A DNA stretch of 60,781 nt, the filler included. It is 4 parts of 4 records of this genome, joined end to end, with 100 filler letters (N's around TTAATTAATTAA, not from the genome) between each part and the next. Parts side by side here need not be neighbours in the genome. Positions count along the whole stretch, not along the records: positions 1 to 28,429 come from DRR378314_1719; 3 more parts are not named here. One strand, given 5' to 3'. Positions 1 to 8,827 of this stretch are shown one piece after another; within the stretch, counting starts at the first letter, position 1; every line of letters starts with the position of its first letter. Made by a program: the position numbers and the translations under genes. A model generated the notes under the pieces. It had not been told where the DNA came from and did no database searches. It saw nothing but the letters and a program-made list of their open reading frames with translations.

Positions 1-156
1 GGTGAACTCAACCTGCTGGCCTTCTGCCAGGGTCTTGAAGCCGCTGCCCTGAATTGCGCTGTAGTGAACGAATACGTCCGGGCCGCCTTCACGAGTGATA
101 AAGCCAAAGCCTTTTGCTTCGTTGAAGAACTTAACAGTGCCGGTAGTAGTAGACAT
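1..156 (-). CDS. cspA: Cold-shock protein (CSD family), 3' end cut off by the window edge
   Basis: Manual translation [52 protein letters not shown] contains RNP1 (KGFGFI) and RNP2 (VFVHY). The exact paralogue is uncertain. Confidence 0.93.
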   Translation of the reverse strand, partial: MSTTTGTVKFFNEAKGFGFITREGGPDVFVHYSAIQGSGFKTLAEGQQVEFT

Positions 157-329
157 ACTTAAACTTCCTGAAATCAATCATTTTATCTTGCCGCCAAGCC
201 ATCGTTGTGATGCCTGATCAGCGTTTACGGAAATACAGAATTCGCGGAATCAAAAACAGGACGGTCACTACTAACTGCGGAGGTACGTCTTATTCATGAA
301 AGCTTTACTGAATCTTTCCTACGTAAATA

Positions 330-358
330 ACTCTACTCTTTGTTTTTGGGATTGCCAA
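330..358 (-). promoter_or_regulatory. Sigma70-type promoter of the csp gene, giving a long (~165 nt) 5' UTR
   Basis: Minus strand reads TTGGCA-N17-TAGAGT. Long leaders are typical of cspA genes. Confidence 0.6.
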
Positions 359-395
359 GGGTATTTTTAATTTATTCCGTACGTAGTGGTACCCA

Positions 396-776
396 TCATC
401 CCCTGACCAGGCCAAAGGTGTAAATTCCCAGCGCTGTCATGAGGATAGAGCCAACTACGTGGGCCAATATGCCGGCCAGGGCCATGCTCCATTTACCTTC
501 CTGGATGGCGGAGAACATTTCCAGTGAGAAGGTGGAGAAGGTGGTCAGGGCGCCGCAAAGACCCGTAATGGCAAACAGGCGCCACTCCGGTGCGAGCGAG
601 GTACCGTGGGCAAAGTAACCGATCAGCAGGCCGACGAGCCAGCCGCCGGAGAGGTTGGCAGCCAGAGTGCCATAGGGGATGGCGTGGTAGCTGCTGTTGA
701 GCCACAGGCCCAGGGCCCATCTCAGGTTAGCGCCGATGACGGCTCCGGTGCTTACCGCCAGGATTGATAGCCACAT
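396..776 (-). CDS. crcB: Fluoride efflux channel CrcB/Fluc
   Basis: Four hydrophobic helices with GAxxR, PxGTLxAN and GLCGALTTFSTF motifs. ATG at 776. Confidence 0.95.
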   Translation of the reverse strand: MWLSILAVSTGAVIGANLRWALGLWLNSSYHAIPYGTLAANLSGGWLVGLLIGYFAHGTSLAPEWRLFAITGLCGALTTFSTFSLEMFSAIQEGKWSMALAGILAHVVGSILMTALGIYTFGLVRG

Positions 777-803
777 TCCCAAATTACCTCATGATTTGGT
801 GTC

Positions 804-825
804 TGCCGGATGTTGCCATCCGGCA
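804..825. repeat. REP-like perfect hairpin between fadE and crcB
   Basis: TGCCGGATG-ttgc-CATCCGGCA, a 9-bp stem with no poly-T tail. Confidence 0.5.
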
Positions 826-853
826 TCCTCAATCCAAACCCCTATACCCTCTA

Positions 854-3310
854 TCAGGCCGGGTTGTGGTCAATCAGTGTGTCCTTGTTGCGAGCGAACT
901 CGTCGAACGGGAAGTCGTCGACGGTCAGCATTTCCAGGACCACAGCTTCGTACTCGCGCATGAAGTCAGCTTCTTCCTTGGTGAAGATGTCCGCTTCCAG
1001 TGCGGCTTCGAAGCGTTCCTCCGGATGCAGTGCATCCATCGGCAACTGCCCCTTGGCATAGGCCTTGGTGACTTTGCGGTAGAGCTGCTCAGCCTTGTCG
1101 TAGTCCTTCAGCAGGTAGTTGTATTGGGCGATTGGGTTATCAATAACACCCTCACCCTCTTCCTGGGTCGTCCAGGCGCCCGCCAACAGCTTTTCCCGTA
1201 CCGGGCTGTCGGTGGAGATGGCTCGTGCCAGTTTGCGAGAAAGGTCGTCGTGGGGTTTGTCCCAGCGACGGCCCAGGGGCATGGTGATGGCACGCAGGGC
1301 CAGGGCTACCGGTCGATTTGGCAGATTCTGGAGGAATTCATCCATGGCATTCTCGGCGCGGTACAGCAGCAGTGCCAGGCTGTATTCCATCAGGTCACGC
1401 TCACCGTCAACCGGCTGGGTCTCATGCCAGTTCTTCAGCACCATGGAGGCCAGGTAGAGGTTGGCCAGCACATCGCCAAGACGGGCGGAGATCAGCTCGC
1501 GCATTTTCAGCTCGGAACCCAGCGTTGTCATGGCGGCGTCGGCGCACAGGCCGAAGGCGGCGCTAAAGCGTGCCACGCCCTGGGCGTATTTGCGGGAGCC
1601 GTGATCGAACGGTACGTCGGGTTTGCCGATGCCCAAGGCCTGGGTGAAGGCCCGGGCGGCGTTACCGAAGATCAGGCCGGCGTGGCCAAAGAAGGCATCA
1701 TCGAAGGCATCGATGTCGTCGTTGTCTTTGGCCGCCAATTCCTTGAGCACGTAGGGATGGCACCGTATCGCACCCTGACCAAAGATCATCAGGCTGCGGG
1801 TCATGATGTTGGCGCCTTCCACGGTGATGGATACCGCCGCCCCACTGAAACCAATACCGAGGTAGTTGCGGGGCCCCAGAGTCACGGTCTTACCACCATG
1901 GACGTCCATGGCATCGGTCAACACCGCACGCTGCATTTCGGTCAGGTGGTATTTCAGGATGGCCGAAGGTACAGCCGGCTTTTCGCCTTTATCGATCATG
2001 TTGGCGGTCTGGTTGACCGCAGACTGGGCGATATAGGTCTGGGCAGCGATACGAGCCAGGGGTTCCTGAACGCCTTCCATGTCCGCCACGGGCGTATTGA
2101 ACTGACGGCGAATACGGGTGAACCCACCAGCGGTACCCACGGAGTAGGCAGCCGCCCCGGCTGCGCCGGATGGCAGGGTGATACAGCGCCCAACAGACAG
2201 GCACTCGACCAGCATGCGCCAGCCCTGCCCTGCCATTTCCTGGCCACCGATAATGTAGTCCAGCGGAATGAACACGTCCGTGCCCTTGATCGGGCCATTC
2301 ATGAACGGAGTACCAATGGGGCAATGCCGGCGACCGATTTCCATGCCCTTGGTGTTGCGGGGAATCAGCGCACAGGTAATGCCATAGTCCTTGGTGTCGC
2401 CCAACAACCCGTCCGGGTCAAACATGCGGAAGGCAAGGCCGACCACGGTGGCGACTGGCGCCAGCGTAATCCAACGCTTCTCAAAGTTGAGGCGCAGACC
2501 CAGCACTTCCTTGCCCTCAAACTCGCCCTTACACACCACGCCGGTGTCCGGCAGCGAGGTGGCGTCAGAACCGGCGCGTGGGCCAGTCAGGCCGAAGCAG
2601 GGAATTTCACGACCATCCGCCAGACGCGGCAAATAGTGGTTCTTCTGGTCATCGGTGCCGTACTTGACCAGCAGCTCGCCCGGGCCGAGAGAGTTGGGCA
2701 CGCCCACGGTAACCATCAACATCTCATTGGCCGCCAGCTTCTGCAGCACTGCAGTCTGGGCTTTTGCGGAGAAGTGGAGACCGCCGTATTCCTCGGGAAT
2801 GATCATGCCGAAGAATTTCTCTTTCTTGAGGAATTCCCAAAGTTCCGCCGGAAGATCCGCACGTTCCACGGCAAGATCCCAGGCGTTACACATGGAAATG
2901 GCCTGAGTACACTGGCTATCAACAAAGGCCTGCTCTTTCTCAGACAACCCTGTGTTGCGGTTGATCAGCAGGTTGTGCCAGTCGGGGCGCCCGCTGAAAA
3001 GTTCGCCATCCCAACTGACGGTGCCGGCTTCCAGAGCCACTTTTTCGGTATCGGAGACCTTGGGCGCCACCTTCTTGAACATGGCGAATACCCGTGGGGT
3101 CAGCCAGCTCTGGCGAAATCCCGGTAGGCCGGCCGCGGCCGTAACGGCAGCACCGATAAACAGGATGAGCGCCAGCACGCCCGACGCCAGGAACAGTGAA
3201 AGCAGGCCTGTCACTACCATCACCCCGATGGCGGGCTTGGCACCGGATTCCTTGCGCATCACGACAAGAAGACCGGTAATCGCAACAAGAAACAGTATGA
3301 AAGTCATCAT
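854..3310 (-). CDS. fadE: Acyl-CoA dehydrogenase FadE (membrane-anchored, long type)
   Basis: 818 aa with N-terminal TM helices and motifs VPNSLGPGELL, CFGLTGPxAGSDA, KRWITLAP, ITVEGANIMTRSLMIFGQGAIRCHP. Confidence 0.93.
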   Translation of the reverse strand: MMTFILFLVAITGLLVVMRKESGAKPAIGVMVVTGLLSLFLASGVLALILFIGAAVTAAAGLPGFRQSWLTPRVFAMFKKVAPKVSDTEKVALEAGTVSWDGELFSGRPDWHNLLINRNTGLSEKEQAFVDSQCTQAISMCNAWDLAVERADLPAELWEFLKKEKFFGMIIPEEYGGLHFSAKAQTAVLQKLAANEMLMVTVGVPNSLGPGELLVKYGTDDQKNHYLPRLADGREIPCFGLTGPRAGSDATSLPDTGVVCKGEFEGKEVLGLRLNFEKRWITLAPVATVVGLAFRMFDPDGLLGDTKDYGITCALIPRNTKGMEIGRRHCPIGTPFMNGPIKGTDVFIPLDYIIGGQEMAGQGWRMLVECLSVGRCITLPSGAAGAAAYSVGTAGGFTRIRRQFNTPVADMEGVQEPLARIAAQTYIAQSAVNQTANMIDKGEKPAVPSAILKYHLTEMQRAVLTDAMDVHGGKTVTLGPRNYLGIGFSGAAVSITVEGANIMTRSLMIFGQGAIRCHPYVLKELAAKDNDDIDAFDDAFFGHAGLIFGNAARAFTQALGIGKPDVPFDHGSRKYAQGVARFSAAFGLCADAAMTTLGSELKMRELISARLGDVLANLYLASMVLKNWHETQPVDGERDLMEYSLALLLYRAENAMDEFLQNLPNRPVALALRAITMPLGRRWDKPHDDLSRKLARAISTDSPVREKLLAGAWTTQEEGEGVIDNPIAQYNYLLKDYDKAEQLYRKVTKAYAKGQLPMDALHPEERFEAALEADIFTKEEADFMREYEAVVLEMLTVDDFPFDEFARNKDTLIDHNPA

Positions 3311-3371
3311 GGATACTCTCTGTCGTCCGTGGTTTTGAATGTCAAAAACTACAATTTGTTACGTTCAACGT

Positions 3372-3388
3372 ACCTGATCAGATGAACC
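3372..3388. promoter_or_regulatory. Possible FadR/GntR-type operator upstream of fadE
   Basis: ACCTGATCAGATGAACC is an imperfect 17-bp palindrome resembling FadR sites, ~60 nt upstream of fadE. Confidence 0.3.
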
Positions 3389-3410
3389 GTGACTAGCAAC
3401 TGGTTCACCA

Positions 3411-6275
3411 TCAGGCAGTTACAATTACGCGAATGCCTTCCAGTGACAGACTGGCCTGAGCCAATAGCGTCTCCGCCGCCTCCAACTGCCGGCGGAAGAA
3501 GTCGATCTCGTCATCACGGATGGTCGGATTGACCTTCTTCATCGCCTCAAGGCGCTGGATCTCCGGCCCAAAGACATCCCTGACCTGGGCCAGTGCCGAC
3601 GCTTTCAGGGGGTCAAGGTGCGGCTCGGAAAGACGTTCCGCATGATCAACCATGGTTTCAACCTGCGGGCGAATTTGCGGCACGATAGCCTGCGCAGTGC
3701 GCCTGCGGATATTCGAGCACATATCGTTGAGCCTGTCGTGAGGCAACGTCGCCGACAGGTCACGCCCGTTCACATCCACCAGCAGCCTCAACGGCGAGAC
3801 CGGCAGGTAGCGGGACAACTGCAGCGATTCCGGCGCGGGGCAATGCACGGTGTACAAGGCTTCCAACAATAGCGTCCCCGGCGGTAGCGCCTTGACCGTC
3901 ATGCTGGCCAAAGCCGCCTTACCCAGCCCGGAACTGGTAACCGATTCCATGATTCCGGTCACCAGTGGGTGCTCCCAGCTCATGAAGGCCATGTCTTCGC
4001 GTTCCAGGGCCTGCTGACGGCTCCAGGTAACGGTCAAACCGTCTTCCGGAAGCTCGGTCACGTGCCCAGCCTGGTATTGCTCGCCAGGTCTCAGCACGTC
4101 GGCATGTTCGGAGTGATCCTCCACATCAACGCCGAGGATATCGCAGGCCTCGATCATATAGTCACGAACCTGAGCCGACTCCTCCTCGGCTTCGATCTGG
4201 CCGATCAACGCCTCAGCCACGTCTGGTCGACAGGAATTAAGTTCAATCAGTGCATCCCGCCCATTGCGCAGCAACGTGCGCAGGCGATCGGCCTCAGCCC
4301 GAGAAGCGTCCACCAGGGCCGGTAGCTCATCCGTCGCGCCATCGATCACGGTTTGCCACTGCGCGGCCACATGATCGTGCACAGAGACACCCACGGAACA
4401 ACTTTCGTTGAACGCATTCAGGCCTTCCTCAAACCATCGATACTGGACTTCCTGCGCCGTTCCCTGCAGGTACGGGATATGGATATCGATAGTGTCGGTC
4501 TGGCCGATACGGTCGAGCCGGCCAATACGCTGTTCGAGCAAATCCGGGTTCGCAGGCAGATCGAACAGGATCAGATGATGGGCGAACTGGAAATTGCGAC
4601 CTTCACTGCCGATTTCCGAGCAGATCAGTGCCTGGGCGCCCTGTTCGGTATCGGAGAAGTAGGCTGCGGCCCGGTCCCGCTCGATCAGGCTCAGGTGTTC
4701 GTGGAAAGCGGCACTGCGGATACCGGCGCGTAATTGCAGATAATGTTCCAGCGCCATGGCGGTTGATGCATGGGCACAGATAACCACGACCTTCGCCGGT
4801 TTCAGGCCGGTCAGGGTTTTCTCCAGCCAGGCCACGCGGGGATCTTCCGCCAGCCATTGTTCCTCGTCCACGGTCGTTTCGGGAGTCAGCCCGGCAATGC
4901 CATGACAAATGTCTTTGTCCTGGTAGAGTTCCGGACAAGGCAACGCAACCGGCAGCGGGTGGCGTTCCGGGAAACCCTTAATGGCCGCGCGGGTGTTCCG
5001 GAACAGCACCCGGCCAGTGCCATGACGGTCCAGCAGAGCGTCAATCACGGCCTGTTCAGCTTCCTGGGCAGCCATCAAACCTTCCAGTTCGTCACCCAGC
5101 CATCCCTTGAGCGCCTTCCGATCCGCCTCGGAGAGAGCGGTTATCCCCTGTTCACGAATATGGGACACCACCTGGTTGATAACTTCATACTGCGCCTCCT
5201 CTTTCCGGAAGGTTTCCAGGTCGTGAAAACGCGCTGGGTCCAGCAGTCTCAGACGGGCAAAGTGGCTGGCCACCCCCACCTGTTCCGGAGTTGCCGTTAA
5301 TAGCAGCAAGCCATTACTGGCGTTCGAAAGCCGTTCGACCAAGCGATATTCCGGGCTTGCCGCTTCCGGGCTCCAGGCCAGATGATGGGCCTCATCGACC
5401 ACCATCAAGTCCCAACCGGCGGCAATGGCATCCGCCTGGGCCTGCTCACTGGTCATCAGGAAATCCAGGCTGCACAGTGCCAGCTGTTCGCTCTCGAACG
5501 GGTTTTCATCGGCATCGGTCAGCTCGTCGTCCTCTTCCGGAAACTCCTCCAGATCCTCCATCGCCTCATACCGGCTGCGATCAATGATCGAGAACCGCAG
5601 GTTGAAGCGCCGCAGCATTTCCACCAGCCACTGGTGCATCAGCGAATCCGGCACCACGATCAGTACCCGACGGGCACGACTGGTATGCAACTGATAGTGA
5701 AGGATCAGCCCGGCCTCAATGGTTTTGCCCAGCCCCACTTCGTCCGCCAGCAGAACCCGGGGGGCATAGCGCGTGGCCACTTCATGGGCGATGTAGATCT
5801 GGTGGGGCAGGTGCTGGGTACGCGCACCGATCAGGCCCTGGGCTGACGATGCCCGCAACCGGTCCAGATGCTGCGCCGTGGCCATCCGAAGGCGAAACGC
5901 GCCATTGCGATCAAACTGACCAGCAAACAACCGTTGGTGGGGGGCGGAGAAGTCCACCGAGCTACTGAGTTTTACCTCGGACACCTGGACCAGCTCATCC
6001 CCTCCGTCATCGGCGTGATACATCAGCACGCCGCCGATATCCTCCACGGCCCTCACGACATAGCGTTCGCCATCAAAGGTCTCAATAGACTCACCAATCT
6101 GGTAGATAATCCTCGACAACGGGGCATTGTCGATGGCGTAGGTGCGCTCTTCGTCCGCCGCCGGAAAACCCAGTGTCACACGTCGGCCTGAAAGGTCCGT
6201 GACAATGCCAAGCCCCAGCGCGGTATCACTGTGGCTGACCCAGCGCTGGCCGATTACAAATTCCGATGTATCCAA
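3411..6275 (-). CDS. rapA: RNA polymerase-associated SWI2/SNF2 ATPase RapA (HepA)
   Basis: GQRWVS N-terminus, LADEVGLGKT, DEAHH, LLTATPEQ, SEIGSEGRNFQ, LEQRIGRLDRIGQ. TTG start with GGAGG RBS. Confidence 0.96.
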   Translation of the reverse strand: MDTSEFVIGQRWVSHSDTALGLGIVTDLSGRRVTLGFPAADEERTYAIDNAPLSRIIYQIGESIETFDGERYVVRAVEDIGGVLMYHADDGGDELVQVSEVKLSSSVDFSAPHQRLFAGQFDRNGAFRLRMATAQHLDRLRASSAQGLIGARTQHLPHQIYIAHEVATRYAPRVLLADEVGLGKTIEAGLILHYQLHTSRARRVLIVVPDSLMHQWLVEMLRRFNLRFSIIDRSRYEAMEDLEEFPEEDDELTDADENPFESEQLALCSLDFLMTSEQAQADAIAAGWDLMVVDEAHHLAWSPEAASPEYRLVERLSNASNGLLLLTATPEQVGVASHFARLRLLDPARFHDLETFRKEEAQYEVINQVVSHIREQGITALSEADRKALKGWLGDELEGLMAAQEAEQAVIDALLDRHGTGRVLFRNTRAAIKGFPERHPLPVALPCPELYQDKDICHGIAGLTPETTVDEEQWLAEDPRVAWLEKTLTGLKPAKVVVICAHASTAMALEHYLQLRAGIRSAAFHEHLSLIERDRAAAYFSDTEQGAQALICSEIGSEGRNFQFAHHLILFDLPANPDLLEQRIGRLDRIGQTDTIDIHIPYLQGTAQEVQYRWFEEGLNAFNESCSVGVSVHDHVAAQWQTVIDGATDELPALVDASRAEADRLRTLLRNGRDALIELNSCRPDVAEALIGQIEAEEESAQVRDYMIEACDILGVDVEDHSEHADVLRPGEQYQAGHVTELPEDGLTVTWSRQQALEREDMAFMSWEHPLVTGIMESVTSSGLGKAALASMTVKALPPGTLLLEALYTVHCPAPESLQLSRYLPVSPLRLLVDVNGRDLSATLPHDRLNDMCSNIRRRTAQAIVPQIRPQVETMVDHAERLSEPHLDPLKASALAQVRDVFGPEIQRLEAMKKVNPTIRDDEIDFFRRQLEAAETLLAQASLSLEGIRVIVTA

Positions 6276-6310
6276 GAAACCTCCGACAGATTTAACTCAC
6301 CGTAACTGCT

Positions 6311-7066
6311 TTATACGTCTGTGTTCGAGGGACCGTTCTCACGCACCCAGTAAGCGGTGGCACCACAAACCGCGGCAGGCACCACCACCAGGTTCAGCAC
6401 TGGCACCATGGCCGCCAGAGCCACCGGCAGGCCGAACCCCAGGGCGGACAGGCGGGAATCGCCAAGCAGTCGCCGCAAGGCGGGGAAACTGACCCGATGG
6501 TTGTCCGCCGGATAATCCACATACTGCAGCGACATCATCCAGCAATTGAAGACGAACCACAGTACGGCCGCCACCAGGTTGACCACCGGGATAACGCCAA
6601 TAATGAACAGCCCAAGGGCCCTGGGCAGGTAGTAGAGGATCTTCTGCACCTCCCGCCAGAGAGAGCGCGGAATGTCACGCACGATCTGGCTCCAGCCATC
6701 ATCGGTACTGACCTCCTGGCCGGTCAGGTGCTTCTCCGTCAGCTCCGCGAGGTAACCGTAGAAGGGAGAGCCGATCAGGTTTGCGAGGATCACGAACCCG
6801 TAAGCCAACATCAACAGAATGACAACGCCGTAGAGAATCCAGAACAACCAGTCGAGGCTTTGCAGCCAGGCCCAGTCCGGTAACCAGCTCATGGCTGCGG
6901 CAATCATCGCTGCAAAAATTTCAGCCAGAAAATAGAACAGAAGGCCAAATAACAGAATATTAATAACCAGGGGGATAACAACAAACAGTCTTAGTCCGGG
7001 CTGCCGTATCAGCCGGAACCCTTCTCCAAGGTAACCCAGGCCGCGGAAAAAATTACCTTTCAACAT
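6311..7066 (-). CDS. cysZ: Sulfate transporter CysZ (EI24 family)
   Basis: PGLRLFVVIPLxIN, ANLIGSPFYGYLAE, QYVDYPADNH, PAAVCGAT. ATG at 7066 with GAGG RBS. Confidence 0.9.
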   Translation of the reverse strand: MLKGNFFRGLGYLGEGFRLIRQPGLRLFVVIPLVINILLFGLLFYFLAEIFAAMIAAAMSWLPDWAWLQSLDWLFWILYGVVILLMLAYGFVILANLIGSPFYGYLAELTEKHLTGQEVSTDDGWSQIVRDIPRSLWREVQKILYYLPRALGLFIIGVIPVVNLVAAVLWFVFNCWMMSLQYVDYPADNHRVSFPALRRLLGDSRLSALGFGLPVALAAMVPVLNLVVVPAAVCGATAYWVRENGPSNTDV

Positions 7067-7150
7067 ACCTCGCAGCACCTCAGCTTCGATGACAATGACG
7101 GGGCGCAAAGCATATCATGTTGCAAACTCCACCACAGCCCGACGGTGACC

Positions 7151-7564
7151 ATGGCATTCCTGAGGCAACGCATTCGGTTCCTGATTGAGTATCAGCCATT
7201 TTGGCGAACGATGCTTGTTCTTTCAGCGGCCGCCATTATCTACCTTGCAACCACCAGCCAGCCCTACCCGATTCCCTCGGCCGCGAGCGACAAAGTCAAT
7301 CACCTGCTGGCCTTCTTCCAACTGGCGGTGGTGACCAGGCTGGCTTGGCCGACGTTGGGAAAAGCGTGGATCATCATCGGCCTGCTGACGTTTGGGCTGG
7401 CCATTGAGCTAGTTCAGGCGCAACTCCCCTACCGAACGTTTGCCATCGCCGATATTCTCGCCGATGCCGCGGGCATTGCCATTGGATTGCTGCCGTGCCC
7501 CGATTTTATGAGGCCCTACGAGCAAAACGACCAGGCCAGTGCTCAGCCTGATACTCGGCAGTAA
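7151..7564 (+). CDS. VanZ-family membrane protein
   Basis: DKVNHLLAF, IELVQxxLPYR and DILADxxG motifs. Confidence 0.85.
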   Translation: MAFLRQRIRFLIEYQPFWRTMLVLSAAAIIYLATTSQPYPIPSAASDKVNHLLAFFQLAVVTRLAWPTLGKAWIIIGLLTFGLAIELVQAQLPYRTFAIADILADAAGIAIGLLPCPDFMRPYEQNDQASAQPDTRQ

Positions 7565-7603
7565 AACACCCTCCAAGGGGATTGAGACATCCACTCACCT
7601 TCG

Positions 7604-7621
7604 TGTGAGATATATCCTACA
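7604..7621. promoter_or_regulatory. GacA/UvrY-box (upstream activating sequence of Csr/Rsm sRNAs)
   Basis: TGTGAG-ATATAT-CCTACA, an 18-bp imperfect palindrome matching TGTAAG-N6-CTTACA, ~170-185 nt upstream of the GGA-rich RNA. Confidence 0.75.
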
Positions 7622-7684
7622 AGCACGTAGGACCTTGCTGCGACATCGCGTAGGTTTCCCCGACAAACGTACCCGGCGATATTT

Positions 7685-7697
7685 CAAGCAACTGATA
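7685..7697 (-). promoter_or_regulatory. IHF-binding site
   Basis: Minus strand TATCAG-TTGC-TTG is an exact match to WATCAR-N4-TTR, lying between the GacA box and the promoter. Confidence 0.6.
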
Positions 7698-7774
7698 TTA
7701 AAGACTTTACAAACCAGACACTGCCGCCACGGAGTCTTTGGCGTGCACAGTTCACACGTTTGTAAAACTGCGAT

Positions 7775-7783
7775 TGGTATAGT
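7775..7783 (+). promoter_or_regulatory. Extended -10 element of the sRNA promoter
   Basis: TG-G-TATAGT about 7 nt before the GGA-rich tract begins. Confidence 0.6.
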
Positions 7784-7789
7784 GTTTAC

Positions 7790-8018
7790 ATCATGGATGA
7801 CAGGGAAATGGACGACGCACTGGACGCACCCCCGCAATTGGATGCAGGGAGAGGCAAGGACACAGGGACGCCTCGCTTAAGGGATAACTATTCGGATCGT
7901 CGGCTCGGACGCTGGCACCAGGGACTGGCAAGGGAAACCGGCAACAGGGTGTTGCCAACGGCGCATGGACGCGGCACCTGTTTCGAGAAAGGGTAACCGA
8001 AAGGTTGCCCTTTTTTTT
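7790..8018 (+). ncRNA. csrB: CsrB/CsrC/RsmZ-type CsrA-sequestering small RNA
   Basis: 14 GGA motifs counted in ~190 nt, many as ANGGA/AGGGA. No credible ORF. It ends in a strong intrinsic terminator and has a GacA box, IHF site and extended -10 upstream. The 5' end is estimated. Confidence 0.85.
7988..8018 (+). terminator. Rho-independent terminator of the sRNA
   Basis: AAAGGGTAACC-GAAA-GGTTGCCC followed by T8. Confidence 0.9.
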
Positions 8019-8035
8019 CGCCCGCCGTTAATCCC

Positions 8036-8692
8036 TCACCCCTGGCCTGCAAGGTAAACGCGCACCCGATTGAACTCCTCGAACTCGTTCAGGTCGGGCC
8101 AGGTGCGACCTTCAACCACATCCTGTTGCACGTAATGATCGTCACCAAGATTCCGTAAACGGGAGTCGGCCAATATCACCGCGGGCGCCGCCATCCTGAA
8201 CTCAGACAGCAACGGGCGGTTCTCGGGGTCATAGAGCACGTCTGCCGCTGTCACAACATCCACATCATTCGACCGCCCGTTCCAGTTCTCACACAGTGCG
8301 ATCGACACGCCATTCAGCCGGGCGTTCGCCGCGGCAGCGTCCAAAGCGGCCTGATCAATATCGCAGGCGATGGCCTCCCGCGCGCCAGCCATCGCGGCAG
8401 CGATGGCCACCACACCGGAGCCAGATCCGAAATCCAGCACCTTCCTGCCCTTTACCAGATGTGGGTGGGCAAGAATGTATGCCGCCAATACTTGGCCGCT
8501 GGCCCAGCAAAACGACCAATAAGCCGGTTCAGCAACGACCGCCTGGGCCTCTTCGTGGCTCAACGGCCCCTCCAGCACCCCGGGATCAAACAGGTAAAGG
8601 GCGATATCGGGGCAACCCGCAGGTGCCGTCGCGGCAACCCGCCCACGGCTGAGGGTTTTCCCAAGATGCTGATTTAGAATGTCGGGGTTCAT
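8036..8692 (-). CDS. Class I SAM-dependent methyltransferase (PrmA/METTL20-like)
   Basis: PAYWSFCWASG, VLDFGSGSGVVAIAA, AADVLYD. ATG at 8692 with GGAG RBS. Confidence 0.85.
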   Translation of the reverse strand: MNPDILNQHLGKTLSRGRVAATAPAGCPDIALYLFDPGVLEGPLSHEEAQAVVAEPAYWSFCWASGQVLAAYILAHPHLVKGRKVLDFGSGSGVVAIAAAMAGAREAIACDIDQAALDAAAANARLNGVSIALCENWNGRSNDVDVVTAADVLYDPENRPLLSEFRMAAPAVILADSRLRNLGDDHYVQQDVVEGRTWPDLNEFEEFNRVRVYLAGQG

Positions 8693-8827
8693 GATTACTC
8701 CGGAACACGGACCTGGCACGGAACGCATTGTAGCGGCAGCGGCGCCACGGAACACCCGCAGGCGAGCAAAAAACCAGCACGTCCGTTATACTGCGACCTC
8801 ATTTCCAGCACGAATCCATAACCTGCC

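Noticed and set aside
777-853. Fluoride riboswitch upstream of crcB
   Set aside because: No GGCGATG-type aptamer start or pseudoknot pairing seen; only a simple hairpin.
764-3127. 787-aa plus-strand ORF
   Set aside because: Antisense shadow of fadE caused by GC-rich codon bias; no motifs and an implausible composition.
7539-7996. Small ORFs 7539-7880, 7595-7837 and 7793-7996
   Set aside because: They overlap regulatory sites and the GGA-rich RNA, which explains the sequence better.
7790-8018. CRISPR array or riboswitch reading of the GGA-rich tract
   Set aside because: No constant-length direct repeats with unique spacers, and no downstream co-oriented gene. No CRISPR array or cas gene was seen anywhere in the window.
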